From Oceanispirochaeta sp. (GTDB lineage Bacteria > Spirochaetota > Spirochaetia > DSM-2461), in contig CAXXOA010000002.1 of the NCBI GenBank assembly GCA_963666275.2, forward strand, positions 1,664,001-1,728,000: a stretch of 64,000 nucleotides of DNA, given 5' to 3'. Under the pieces are notes generated by a model. The model was not told the origin of the DNA and searched no databases. It was given only the letters and a program-made list of their open reading frames with translations. Both the position numbers and the translations under genes were made by a program. Shown in pieces: positions 9,250 to 18,234 of this stretch (positions are counted from its first letter, which is position 1; each line of letters opens with the position of its first letter).

Positions 9250-10740
9250 TCAGTACACTCCTTCTCCGTTGGCTGCCAGAAGAACCGCTTCTTCCGTGAG
9301 CTGGTAATCGCAGAGCTCCTCAATGATCGCACCGTTCCTCATCACAAGGATCCTGTCGGACAGGGCGACCAGTTCGGTCAGGTCGCTGCTGATAAGTATA
9401 ATGGTCCTGCCCTTCCTGGCAAGCTCTGCAATGGTTTCATGGATCCCCGCCCGGGCTCCCACATCCACCCCTTTGGTGGGTTCGTCCAGCAGGAAAATAT
9501 CCGGATCCGCCGCCAGCCATTTGGCCAGGAATACTTTCTGCTGGTTGCCTCCCGAAAGGGTCCTGACTTCCGCATCCTCCCGGGGAGGGGAGATCTTCAG
9601 TTTGTTCATCAGGGACTGAAGCCGGTCCCTGTAGCTGTTCCTGTTGTATATCCCGGCACGGCAGCTTTTATCAATCACTGTGGAAAGGATATTGTTCCGG
9701 ACCTTGAGACTGGCAAAGAGGCCGTCGGTTTTTCTGTCTTCCGACAGATAGATCATCCCGCTGCGGATGCTTTTCCTGTAGGATCCCCGGGGAACACTCT
9801 TTCCGTTCACAAGGATCTCACCTCTGTCCGAGGGATCCAGTCCGCAGAGGCTCCTTCCCAGTTCGGAGCGTCCCGCTCCGGATAGTCCCGCAATCCCCAG
9901 TATCTCCCCCCGGGCCGCCTCCAGGGATATATCGTGAAAAAAGCCGTTCCGGCTGAACCCGGTGACCTGCAGGGATTTCTCCTCCTGCTTCACCGATGCC
10001 TGCCTGTTGTACTCCTCGGGATCTCTGCCAATCATGACCGCCGCAAGAGTGGAGGATGTCATTTCATGAAGAGGCGCTGTGAGCACCTTTTTTCCGTCCC
10101 GGAGTATGCTGACCCTGTCGGCAATCCGGAAAATCTCAGGCAGCCTGTGGGATATATAGACAATCGAAAGCCCCTGCTGTTTCAGGGTTTCTATGGTCGA
10201 AAAGAGCGTCCGTATCTCCTCCCGGGACAGGGAGGATGTGGGTTCGTCCATCACAAGGATGGATATATCGTTTCCCAGAACCCGGGCAATTTCCACAAGC
10301 TGGGCTTCATGCCGGGAGATCCTGCTCACAGGAAGGAGGGGATCCAGTTCCAGCCCCAGCTGGGCCAGAATCTTCCGGGCTTCCCGGACCATCTCTTTTT
10401 TATCCACCCTGAAACCGCCCTTCAGAGGGAGCCGGTTGATCAGGATATTTTCAGCAATGCTAAGAGGTTCGGCCAGACTCAGTTCCTGATAGATCATACC
10501 GATCCCGCAGCGGATGGCTTTTGCCGGAGAGTCCAGACGGACAGGTTTATCCTGAATGAAGATTTCTCCCGTGTAGTCTTCATAGGATCCTGCCAGGATT
10601 TTCATAAGGGTGGATTTCCCGGCACCGTTCTCACCCACCAGAGCGTGAACTTCTCCGGGGCACAGATCAAAGTCTACCCTGTCGACGGCAAGTGTGCCCG
10701 GAAAGGCTTTACTGATTGACTGCATTTTCAGTGTGTTCAA
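9250..10740 (-). CDS. Sugar ABC transporter ATP-binding protein
   Basis: GENGAGKSTLMKIL, MDEPTSSL, LSGGNQQKV, DEPTKGVDVGAR; TTG start with AGGAGG SD. Confidence 0.95.
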   Translation of the reverse strand: MNTLKMQSISKAFPGTLAVDRVDFDLCPGEVHALVGENGAGKSTLMKILAGSYEDYTGEIFIQDKPVRLDSPAKAIRCGIGMIYQELSLAEPLSIAENILINRLPLKGGFRVDKKEMVREARKILAQLGLELDPLLPVSRISRHEAQLVEIARVLGNDISILVMDEPTSSLSREEIRTLFSTIETLKQQGLSIVYISHRLPEIFRIADRVSILRDGKKVLTAPLHEMTSSTLAAVMIGRDPEEYNRQASVKQEEKSLQVTGFSRNGFFHDISLEAARGEILGIAGLSGAGRSELGRSLCGLDPSDRGEILVNGKSVPRGSYRKSIRSGMIYLSEDRKTDGLFASLKVRNNILSTVIDKSCRAGIYNRNSYRDRLQSLMNKLKISPPREDAEVRTLSGGNQQKVFLAKWLAADPDIFLLDEPTKGVDVGARAGIHETIAELARKGRTIILISSDLTELVALSDRILVMRNGAIIEELCDYQLTEEAVLLAANGEGVY

Positions 10741-10861
10741 TTTCCGGACTCCTCCTTTGATGACTTTTCCCTCCGGGGATGATATACGAAAATTCTAACA
10801 TTGTCCCCGGTGAGTCTGCCATTGTAGAAATTCCGGATTTCTATGGAAAATTTAAGATTTA

Positions 10862-12586
10862 TCAAGACTCCCTGTCCTCCCTGTATTCGGAAGGGTTCTT
10901 TCCCGTCTGTTTTTTAAATATCTTGTAAAAGTAGCTGGCATCTGTGTACCCCACTTCCCGTGCCACTTCGTACTCCTTGAGATTCCTGTTTTCCAGGAGC
11001 CTTTTGGCCTGTTCTATCCTAATCTCATTGAGATAGACCGAAAAACTCTTTCCCGTGGCTTTTTTAAAGAGCTGCCCCAGATAGGCCGCGGTCAGATCAA
11101 ACTGATAGGAAAGTGTTTTTAACGAGAGGGCATTGTTGAAATGGGTGTCCACGTAATCGACAATCTGTTTGATCGGCGTCCTGGCGGGAAGATCCGTATT
11201 CAGAGCGGAACAGTATTCCAGGGAGATCGATTCCAGCCAGTCCAGGGTCTTTTCAAAGGATTTCTGGTGGAACAGGTAGTTGGAGAGCATGGAGGGATCG
11301 GCCGAGCCCAGGATCATCTCCCGGTTCAAACCTTTCTCGGATATGGTACTGATCAGCCTGGATACAATCTCGATGGAAACGCCCCGGCAGAACTCTTCGG
11401 TCACTAGGCTGCAGGAGTGAATCTCCGCATAGAGATCCTGAAAAAACTGATCGATCCCGCTGCTGTCTCCTCCCTTCAGGGCTTTCATGTACCCCGCATA
11501 CTCAATGTAGGGAAACTCATTTCTCTTGTTTAAAAAAGAGTCCACATCTTCACTGGTGATCACATGGACAGGCATGTACCTAACCGGGGGAATCTCAAAA
11601 CCGTTGAACCAGTCCACGGCTGTTTCCATGGAAATGGTCCCGTCGATGATTCCCGACTGGTATGTGGTGGCCTTGAGCTGACCTCTTTTGATAAACTCCA
11701 GGGCCTGGGGCGAACTGGAATGGGAAACGCAGATAATATCACTTCTGTTCAGTTCCGCTACGGCTCTGTTGACACCTCTCTGAACAACCAGGCTGTCCGA
11801 GGAGACAATCCCTTTGACCCTGCCGCCGAAGGTTTTCAGCCACTCCAGGGTCTGTCTGTAGGTCCTCTCTTCATTCATTCCCGTCGAGGCGTGGGCCAGG
11901 CACTCCATCTCGGGGGCGATCTTTTTCAGTTCCGTGATGATCCCCCAGGTCCGGGCCAGATTGCAGGAGGAACCGTCATGATGCTGGATCAGGACATAGG
12001 CTCCCGAGTAGTCCATAAACTCGGCGAACTTCCCCGCCAGAGTCCGGGACATCCCCCAGTCGTTGGGCCCGGTCCAGCTGAGAATGTAGGGGAGATCCTC
12101 TTCAGCGGGGACCATATTGCTGGCAATCACGGGAATTCCCGCTTCGTAAATTTTCCTGTAGACACCCCGTGAGTAGTAGAGCCTGGGATTCATATGGATG
12201 ATCAGGTCGGGATCTTTTTTGATGGCCAGGTCCGTAAAGTGCTCCTGAGAGTCCGTATCCCAGTCCGTATCGTAGACCTCCAGCTGAATATCGTGCAGGT
12301 CCGCCACCTTCTGCAGCCCTTGGCGGAAGGCCAGCTGATAGGGGTGGTTCATAGGCATGTTGCATATGATTTTCTTCCCTTCGGGACCATCGGCCGGGCT
12401 GTCGGGGAACTCTTTTTTGGGGACCCTTATAGGGGCAAATTCAAAATCATACCAGCGGCGGCTGTCATCATCGGGAAAAGACGGGGGGTCTTTCGGCCTC
12501 TGGGGAGGAGAAAAGTTCTGATAGTTCTTTATAAGAATAAGGGGAGATTGTTTTTCCAGGGACTTCCTCCGGTTCCGGGATCGCAT
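10862..12586 (-). CDS. Transcriptional regulator: solute-binding-protein domain fused to C-terminal AraC HTH
   Basis: N-terminal 350 aa align by eye to the SBP at 6057-7250, without a signal peptide; C-terminal AYLGQLFKKATG...EVAREVGYTDASYFYKIFKKQTGKNPSEYR; start uncertain. Confidence 0.85.
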   Translation of the reverse strand: MRSRNRRKSLEKQSPLILIKNYQNFSPPQRPKDPPSFPDDDSRRWYDFEFAPIRVPKKEFPDSPADGPEGKKIICNMPMNHPYQLAFRQGLQKVADLHDIQLEVYDTDWDTDSQEHFTDLAIKKDPDLIIHMNPRLYYSRGVYRKIYEAGIPVIASNMVPAEEDLPYILSWTGPNDWGMSRTLAGKFAEFMDYSGAYVLIQHHDGSSCNLARTWGIITELKKIAPEMECLAHASTGMNEERTYRQTLEWLKTFGGRVKGIVSSDSLVVQRGVNRAVAELNRSDIICVSHSSSPQALEFIKRGQLKATTYQSGIIDGTISMETAVDWFNGFEIPPVRYMPVHVITSEDVDSFLNKRNEFPYIEYAGYMKALKGGDSSGIDQFFQDLYAEIHSCSLVTEEFCRGVSIEIVSRLISTISEKGLNREMILGSADPSMLSNYLFHQKSFEKTLDWLESISLEYCSALNTDLPARTPIKQIVDYVDTHFNNALSLKTLSYQFDLTAAYLGQLFKKATGKSFSVYLNEIRIEQAKRLLENRNLKEYEVAREVGYTDASYFYKIFKKQTGKNPSEYREDRES

Positions 12587-12663
12587 CTATCCTACCATGG
12601 GACAGGGAATAAGCAAACTTTTTTTCTGTCCAGACTCTGCCGGGGAGACCGGTGGATGTTTTC

Positions 12664-12693
12664 TTGACCACCTCCATTCATGTGAACTAGAAT
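12664..12693 (+). promoter_or_regulatory. Sigma70-type promoter of proS, probably leaderless
   Basis: TTGACC-18-TAGAAT, 6 nt before ATG 12700; no SD. Confidence 0.6.
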
Positions 12694-12699
12694 TATCCC

Positions 12700-14403
12700 A
12701 TGAAATACTCCCGACTGATCGGTAAAACCATACGGCACCATGGCGGCTCTTCAATGCTTGAGGGAAACTCCCTTCTTCTTCAGGGAGGTTTTATGCGTAT
12801 CCTGGGCAAAGGCCTGGTTTCGTTTCTCCCTCTGGGTATGAAAGTTATTAATAATTTAAAGGTCCTCATTGCCCGGGAGATGGAGAGTCTGGACGGGGAG
12901 GAGTTCCAGGTTCCCCTTGTGAATCCTCTTTCGCTGTGGCAGAAAAGCGGACGTCATGAGCAGAGGGACAACCCTCTCATCGTGTTTAAAGACGCCGAAG
13001 GCCGCAAGCTTGTGCTGGCACCCACCCATGAGGAAGCGGCGGTGGAAATGGCCAGGTCCGTGGTCAATTCCTATAAGGATTTCCCTCTGTTCCTCTATCA
13101 GTTTCAGACCAAATTCAGGGATGAGACCAAAACCCGGGCCGAACTTATCCGGGCCAAAGAGTTTGTCATGAAGGATGCCTACTCTTTTCACCGCTCCTAT
13201 TCGGAGCTGAACAATTTTTTTCCCCGGGTATTCAATTCCTATCTGAAAATATTCAGTCTCTGCTATATCCCCGTGGTATCCGCCGAATCCGGTGTGGGTA
13301 TGATGGGGGGATCAAAAGCCTATGAGTTCCTCTATCCCCACTCCCTGGGGAAGGACTATGTGATCAGCTGCCCCCGCTGCGGCTACAGAGCCAACCGTTC
13401 GGTAGCGGTGGGGGTCAAGAAATCCCAGCATGAGATGCTCAAGGGGCTGGTACAGATTCCCATGGAGGAGACGGTTCTGAACAAACAGGCCGCGGTTCTG
13501 GGAGTTCCTCTCTCACGGATGGTAAAGCCGAGAGTCTATATCACCGACAAAGGCCCCCTTATGGCTGTGGTCAGAGGGGATTACGACATCAGTGCCGACA
13601 AACTGACAGCCCTGACCGGGGCAAGGGTCAAGAAACTGGCGGGAGAAAAGGTTCTCAAAAGATTCAACCTCCATCCCGGCTATATTTCTCCCGTCCATGC
13701 CCCCGATGGGGTCCGGGTTATTGTGGATGATCTGGTGGTGAATACTCCCAACCTCTCCATGGGGGACAACCAGGTGGGGTCTTTCTACAGGAATGCCAAT
13801 TTCGGCCGGGATTTTGATATCCCCGAAACGGCGGATATCGCCCAGCTGAATGAGGGGGACGTCTGTATGGGATGCGGAGCCCCGCTGGAGTCTTTCAGTG
13901 CCATAGAACTGGGCAATATTTTCAAACTGGATGACTTCTATACAAGAAAAATGAATTTTTCCTATACCGACAGCAAGGGACGGAAACTCTATCCTTTTAT
14001 GGGATCCTACGGGATGGGCCTGGGCCGTCTCCTGAGCTGCCTGGCAGAGGCAAACCGGGATGAGCACGGTCTGAAATGGCCCTATGAGCTGGCACCCTAC
14101 AAGTACTTTCTCATGGGAATCGGTAAATCCTCCCGGATCACCCGGGAGGTGGATGAGATCGCCCGGGAGCTGGGGGAGAGCAATGTGCTCATTGATGACA
14201 GGCGGGAGTCTATCAGTGTCAAACTGAGGGATGCGGATCTTTTGGGCATCCCCCTGCGGATTGTCGTGTCCCGCCGATTCATAGAAAAGGGCGAGATCGA
14301 TCTGAAAGACCGGTATACAGGAAAGAAGTGGAATGTCAAAAGGGAAAACCTGGAAGAGGAGATCAAAACATGGAGGGCCCAATGGCTGAGCCATTTAAAA
14401 TGA
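12700..14403 (+). CDS. proS: Proline--tRNA ligase, bacterial type with INS editing domain, divergent
   Basis: LPLG, PTHEE, QTKFRDE, EFVMKDAYSFH, INS domain (GYISP), IELGNIFKL, MGSYGMGLGR, anticodon domain DADLLGIPLRIVV. Confidence 0.88.
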   Translation: MKYSRLIGKTIRHHGGSSMLEGNSLLLQGGFMRILGKGLVSFLPLGMKVINNLKVLIAREMESLDGEEFQVPLVNPLSLWQKSGRHEQRDNPLIVFKDAEGRKLVLAPTHEEAAVEMARSVVNSYKDFPLFLYQFQTKFRDETKTRAELIRAKEFVMKDAYSFHRSYSELNNFFPRVFNSYLKIFSLCYIPVVSAESGVGMMGGSKAYEFLYPHSLGKDYVISCPRCGYRANRSVAVGVKKSQHEMLKGLVQIPMEETVLNKQAAVLGVPLSRMVKPRVYITDKGPLMAVVRGDYDISADKLTALTGARVKKLAGEKVLKRFNLHPGYISPVHAPDGVRVIVDDLVVNTPNLSMGDNQVGSFYRNANFGRDFDIPETADIAQLNEGDVCMGCGAPLESFSAIELGNIFKLDDFYTRKMNFSYTDSKGRKLYPFMGSYGMGLGRLLSCLAEANRDEHGLKWPYELAPYKYFLMGIGKSSRITREVDEIARELGESNVLIDDRRESISVKLRDADLLGIPLRIVVSRRFIEKGEIDLKDRYTGKKWNVKRENLEEEIKTWRAQWLSHLK

Positions 14404-15302
14404 CTCCGGAACTGATGGATCAGGTCATATTCGGAATGGAGAATCAGAAGGAAAGCATGGTTCTGGATTCAGAAACAGGACTTGTTATTCCCGTCTCCTC
14501 ACTTACCAGGGAGGAACTTGAAGGGGACCGTTACTATCAGCTCCCCTCCTGGGAGCCTGCAGACGGATTTCAGCTGATGGAGGGATTTGCGGGAGCCCTG
14601 CAAAATCCTATCTACAGGGAACGGCTCAGACAGATCCTCAATGCGGGGCGCGGAGTTTTCCGGGGGTTCAAGAATGTGCTGAAAGAGCGTCCGGACCTGG
14701 AGAAAAAATGGTTCCTTTACAAGGAACGCTATATGAAGCAGCGTGTCAAAGAGTGGTACAGTGATCTCTGGGGCTACTGGGATGCCCTCGCTGCGGGAGA
14801 AGAGCCCGTTGAGGTGGAGGACCTTTTTCAGGAGGAGTTCACCCTTGTGAGAGCAGAGAGCAGCGACGACAGAATAGGCGAATACAGAGAGGCCTGTTTT
14901 CTGGAACTCTACAAAGATTATCCGGAAAATCTCCAGGCCCTTCTGATCCGGCAGATGAACTGGAGGAACCGGATGCCCGATTTTATACTCCTTTCACTGA
15001 CCCCCTCCGAGAGGATCAGCGGCATTCTGACTGCCTTTTCCGAAGAGTCGGGGGGAGAGGTTTTTCTGCAGCTGGACTGTCTCTATGTTCTTCCCGATTA
15101 CAGAGGGGCCGGTATTGCATCGGGACTCATCGACAGAGCGTCCCGGGACGCATCCCTTGAGGGTGTGAGCCGTTTTCTTATACCTCTTCCGCCGGAAGGG
15201 GCTGTTCTGAATGAAAATCTTAAAAGGAAGGGATTTTGTCCTGTCAGTACCACCCTCATACAGGATGTACAAAAGTGGTACTATGAATCAGAAGGGTACT
15301 GA
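14382..15302 (+). CDS. UPF0158 domain + C-terminal GNAT acetyltransferase
   Basis: IFGMENQ, LPSWEPADGFQLMEGF, GRGVFRGFKNVL (UPF0158); LYVLPDYRGAGIASGL acetyl-CoA motif A; ATG 14382 with GGAGG. Confidence 0.75.
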   Translation: MAEPFKMTPELMDQVIFGMENQKESMVLDSETGLVIPVSSLTREELEGDRYYQLPSWEPADGFQLMEGFAGALQNPIYRERLRQILNAGRGVFRGFKNVLKERPDLEKKWFLYKERYMKQRVKEWYSDLWGYWDALAAGEEPVEVEDLFQEEFTLVRAESSDDRIGEYREACFLELYKDYPENLQALLIRQMNWRNRMPDFILLSLTPSERISGILTAFSEESGGEVFLQLDCLYVLPDYRGAGIASGLIDRASRDASLEGVSRFLIPLPPEGAVLNENLKRKGFCPVSTTLIQDVQKWYYESEGY

Positions 15303-15308
15303 ATAGGA

Positions 15309-16190
15309 TCAGAGCCTTTTTTCTCTCTCTTCTTCGGACAGGTTGTGAAGTTTTTCGAGTTCTGCCATGACCTGATCCACAACAAACTGTTTGGGATCCT
15401 GCCCTTCGGGGGTCATGGCCGTTCTTTCCTGACGGAAATCTTTTCCTTTGATGGGCTGGGAAACAGTAAAGAGAATCACATCCTCGTTGAGAGTGTCCTT
15501 CTCCATATCATTTTCCTGACAGGGAATCAGCAGATTTCCGTTGATACTGACAAACTCTACATGATCAAAAGCTTTCAGATAGGTATAGATCTCTCTTACC
15601 CCTTTTTTGGATTCCGGATCCCAGGGCCTGTATCGGGTTCCCGCAGGGAAAACCACAATGATATTGCCTTCATGTTTTCTTTTTGTCAGTTCCTTCATGG
15701 CCGCATGGTTGATGGGGTTGCTGACTTTTTTTATCTCCGCAATCTTTTCCGGATCCTGAGCCAGATCGATAGAACGGCTGGGATAGATGACTATCGTATT
15801 ATAGGAGTTGGAAAAAGCAGCGGTGAGGGCACTGGACTCGGAGAGCTTCATGCCCTGTATCGGTAAAAGACAGTTGGCCACTTCCGGGCCAAGCTGAGGA
15901 TCTTTTTCTATCAGTCTGAAAAAGGCGGGGTAGTCAAAGTTGCTGTAGTGTTCAATAAGAAGCAGACAGGATTCCCCGGCTTTTACATATTCGTACAGTT
16001 TTTTAAGGTTTTCAGCCCCGAGGATGCCGCTGCCCTTTTTCATGAGTTGTTCTACAAGGGTTCCGATAATTTCCCGGTTGGCCGCTTCCCCTTCCAGGTA
16101 CACATGATCCGGACGGGCTTTGTAATCTCCGGTAAGATTTTTCTGAAGTTTCCCTACCAGGGATGAAAATTTGTCTATTGATTTATCCAT
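15309..16190 (-). CDS. Glycerol-3-phosphate / lysophospholipid acyltransferase (PlsC-like)
   Basis: HX4D motif (HYSNFD) and FPAGTR motif; alternative TTG start 16211. Confidence 0.8.
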   Translation of the reverse strand: MDKSIDKFSSLVGKLQKNLTGDYKARPDHVYLEGEAANREIIGTLVEQLMKKGSGILGAENLKKLYEYVKAGESCLLLIEHYSNFDYPAFFRLIEKDPQLGPEVANCLLPIQGMKLSESSALTAAFSNSYNTIVIYPSRSIDLAQDPEKIAEIKKVSNPINHAAMKELTKRKHEGNIIVVFPAGTRYRPWDPESKKGVREIYTYLKAFDHVEFVSINGNLLIPCQENDMEKDTLNEDVILFTVSQPIKGKDFRQERTAMTPEGQDPKQFVVDQVMAELEKLHNLSEEEREKRL

Positions 16191-16285
16191 AACAGCTAAT
16201 AATGCCTCCAAAGATATGATTTTGGCAAGACTTGGATTGTATAATTTAGTATGGTATATCCTTACGTAGGAGTGGTGTTTATTTT

Positions 16286-17878
16286 ATGAAGATCCGCATT
16301 TTTCTTTTCATGCTTCTGTTTTCCCCCCTTTTTCTCTTCAGTGCCGGTCAGAAGGATACCTCATCAGACAGGGGTCTCTCTGTTTTTACTCTTCCCTACA
16401 GGAATCACTCCTTCCCTTCCAATCCTCTCCATATTCAGGATACTGATATTCTAAGACTCACCGGCGCCCTCTATCAAGGGTTGACCATGCCGGATCCCGT
16501 AAACGGGGGAGCTGCTGCGGGGCTGGCCCGGGAGTGGCAGGGAGATGAGCAGTCACGGGTCTTCACCTTTATTCTGGGAGAGTCCTTCTGGAGCAATGGC
16601 GAGGCCATAACGGCGGAACAGGTCAGGGCATCCTGGATGCAGGCTCTCAATCCGGCCGACCCGTCTCCCTATGCCTGGATTCTCATGCAGTATATCAAAG
16701 GCGCCCGGGAGTATGTCTCGGGAGAGACTTCCCCGGAGTCTGTTGAAATCCATGCGGAAGCGGAAAATACACTGAAAGTGGTGCTGACAGGTCCGACTCC
16801 CTATTTTCCTCAGGTTCTGACCCATCCGGTTTTTCGCGTATACCCCTTTCAGATGATGGGAGAGAAAGGCCTGGACCCTCTGCACCCGGATCAATGGATT
16901 GTCAGCGGGCCCTATATACCTGTTTCAGGGAGTGTCTCCGAAGGGATCCTTCTCAAGAGGAACAGGGGCTACGGCATCCTTTCTGAAGAAGATGCCCGGG
17001 AGATCCGTTTCCTTCCTGTTCCGGATGCACAGGAGGCTCTGAAGCTCTACAGGGAAGGGACTCTCCACTGGCTGCCCAGAGACTTTTTTCCGCTTGAGGA
17101 GCTCCCGGTTCTTGCCGGAAGGCCCGATTTCTACAACCCCACGGGGCTGACCAGCTATTTCTATCTTATAAATCAGCAACGGCCCGCATTGAAGAATCCC
17201 CTGATCAGAAGAGCCCTTTCCTCGGCTGTGGACAGGGAGGAGCTCATCGGGTATGTCCTTCAGGGCGCACAGGAACCCGCCTGGTCTCCCGTTCCGGCTA
17301 TGGAGGGTTTTTCCACCCGCAATCCGTCTGAGCTTCTCTATCCTCTCAGGCTGGATGAGGCCAGGAAAATGCGAAATGCATCGGGATATTCTGCAGCTGC
17401 CCCTCTGAATCTGCTTATAATGGATTCTCCCGGCCATAAGTCTGTGGCAGAATTTCTCACAGGCCGGTGGGAGGATGACCTGGGAATATCCTTTTCCATT
17501 ACCGCCGTGGATGCTCTGACATTCTATGAACTCAGAAGAGCGGGGCAATACGACCTGGCGCTGGGGGGATGGCACAGCGAAATTCTCGATCCGTTTCCCT
17601 TTCTCTCTCTCTTTCTATCTGGCAATTCTCCACTGGGCGGAACCTACTCCTCCGTTTCATTCGATGCCCTCCTCATTGATTCGGCCCTGGAGCAGGACCG
17701 GGATAAGCGAATGGCGCTTCTGAAAGAGGCTGAAGAGATCCTCTGTGAAACAGACCCGGCAGTGATCCCACTCTATTACTCTACGGTCCCCCAGCTTTTC
17801 AGGAAGGATCTTTGGAGGGGGTTCTATGGCAACCCGGCGGATGTTCACCCCCTTGATTCACTGAAAAATCGACCCTGA
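16286..17878 (+). CDS. Peptide ABC transporter substrate-binding protein (OppA-like, divergent)
   Basis: LYQGLT, WSNGEAITA, VSGPY, IRRALSSAVDRE, PAVIPLYY; signal peptide without lipobox Cys. Confidence 0.85.
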   Translation: MKIRIFLFMLLFSPLFLFSAGQKDTSSDRGLSVFTLPYRNHSFPSNPLHIQDTDILRLTGALYQGLTMPDPVNGGAAAGLAREWQGDEQSRVFTFILGESFWSNGEAITAEQVRASWMQALNPADPSPYAWILMQYIKGAREYVSGETSPESVEIHAEAENTLKVVLTGPTPYFPQVLTHPVFRVYPFQMMGEKGLDPLHPDQWIVSGPYIPVSGSVSEGILLKRNRGYGILSEEDAREIRFLPVPDAQEALKLYREGTLHWLPRDFFPLEELPVLAGRPDFYNPTGLTSYFYLINQQRPALKNPLIRRALSSAVDREELIGYVLQGAQEPAWSPVPAMEGFSTRNPSELLYPLRLDEARKMRNASGYSAAAPLNLLIMDSPGHKSVAEFLTGRWEDDLGISFSITAVDALTFYELRRAGQYDLALGGWHSEILDPFPFLSLFLSGNSPLGGTYSSVSFDALLIDSALEQDRDKRMALLKEAEEILCETDPAVIPLYYSTVPQLFRKDLWRGFYGNPADVHPLDSLKNRP

Positions 17879-18117
17879 GCCGGAGAAAACAGAAAAAATG
17901 ATCTGCAAAGAATTAAAGATTATTAACTTTGTCATGTTTTATTTTCAGGAAAACAATATAAAACATCTGTTTTAAAAACTGAAAAACAGGAAGATTCAGG
18001 ATAGTCTGTAAAGATAAGAGGGCATATCCTTCTATATTCCTTTAAAAACTGGCAGTTTTTTCTAGCCCGTTTCTAATATTCACAAATTAGTCATGTTTTC
18101 ATATCTGCATCTTTACA

Positions 18118-18147
18118 TTGACTTATGCTCATAATGCTGTTTAAACT
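18118..18147 (+). promoter_or_regulatory. Putative sigma70 promoter of the oppA operon
   Basis: TTGACT-18-TAAACT in AT-rich intergenic region. Confidence 0.5.
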
Positions 18148-18234
18148 TGAATTTGCTCTCTAAAGACAGGTTTCCCTGATTCTTAAACCCAAAAGGAAAT
18201 CCCTGTCTCAAATGTCAATTGAAGGAGTCAATTT

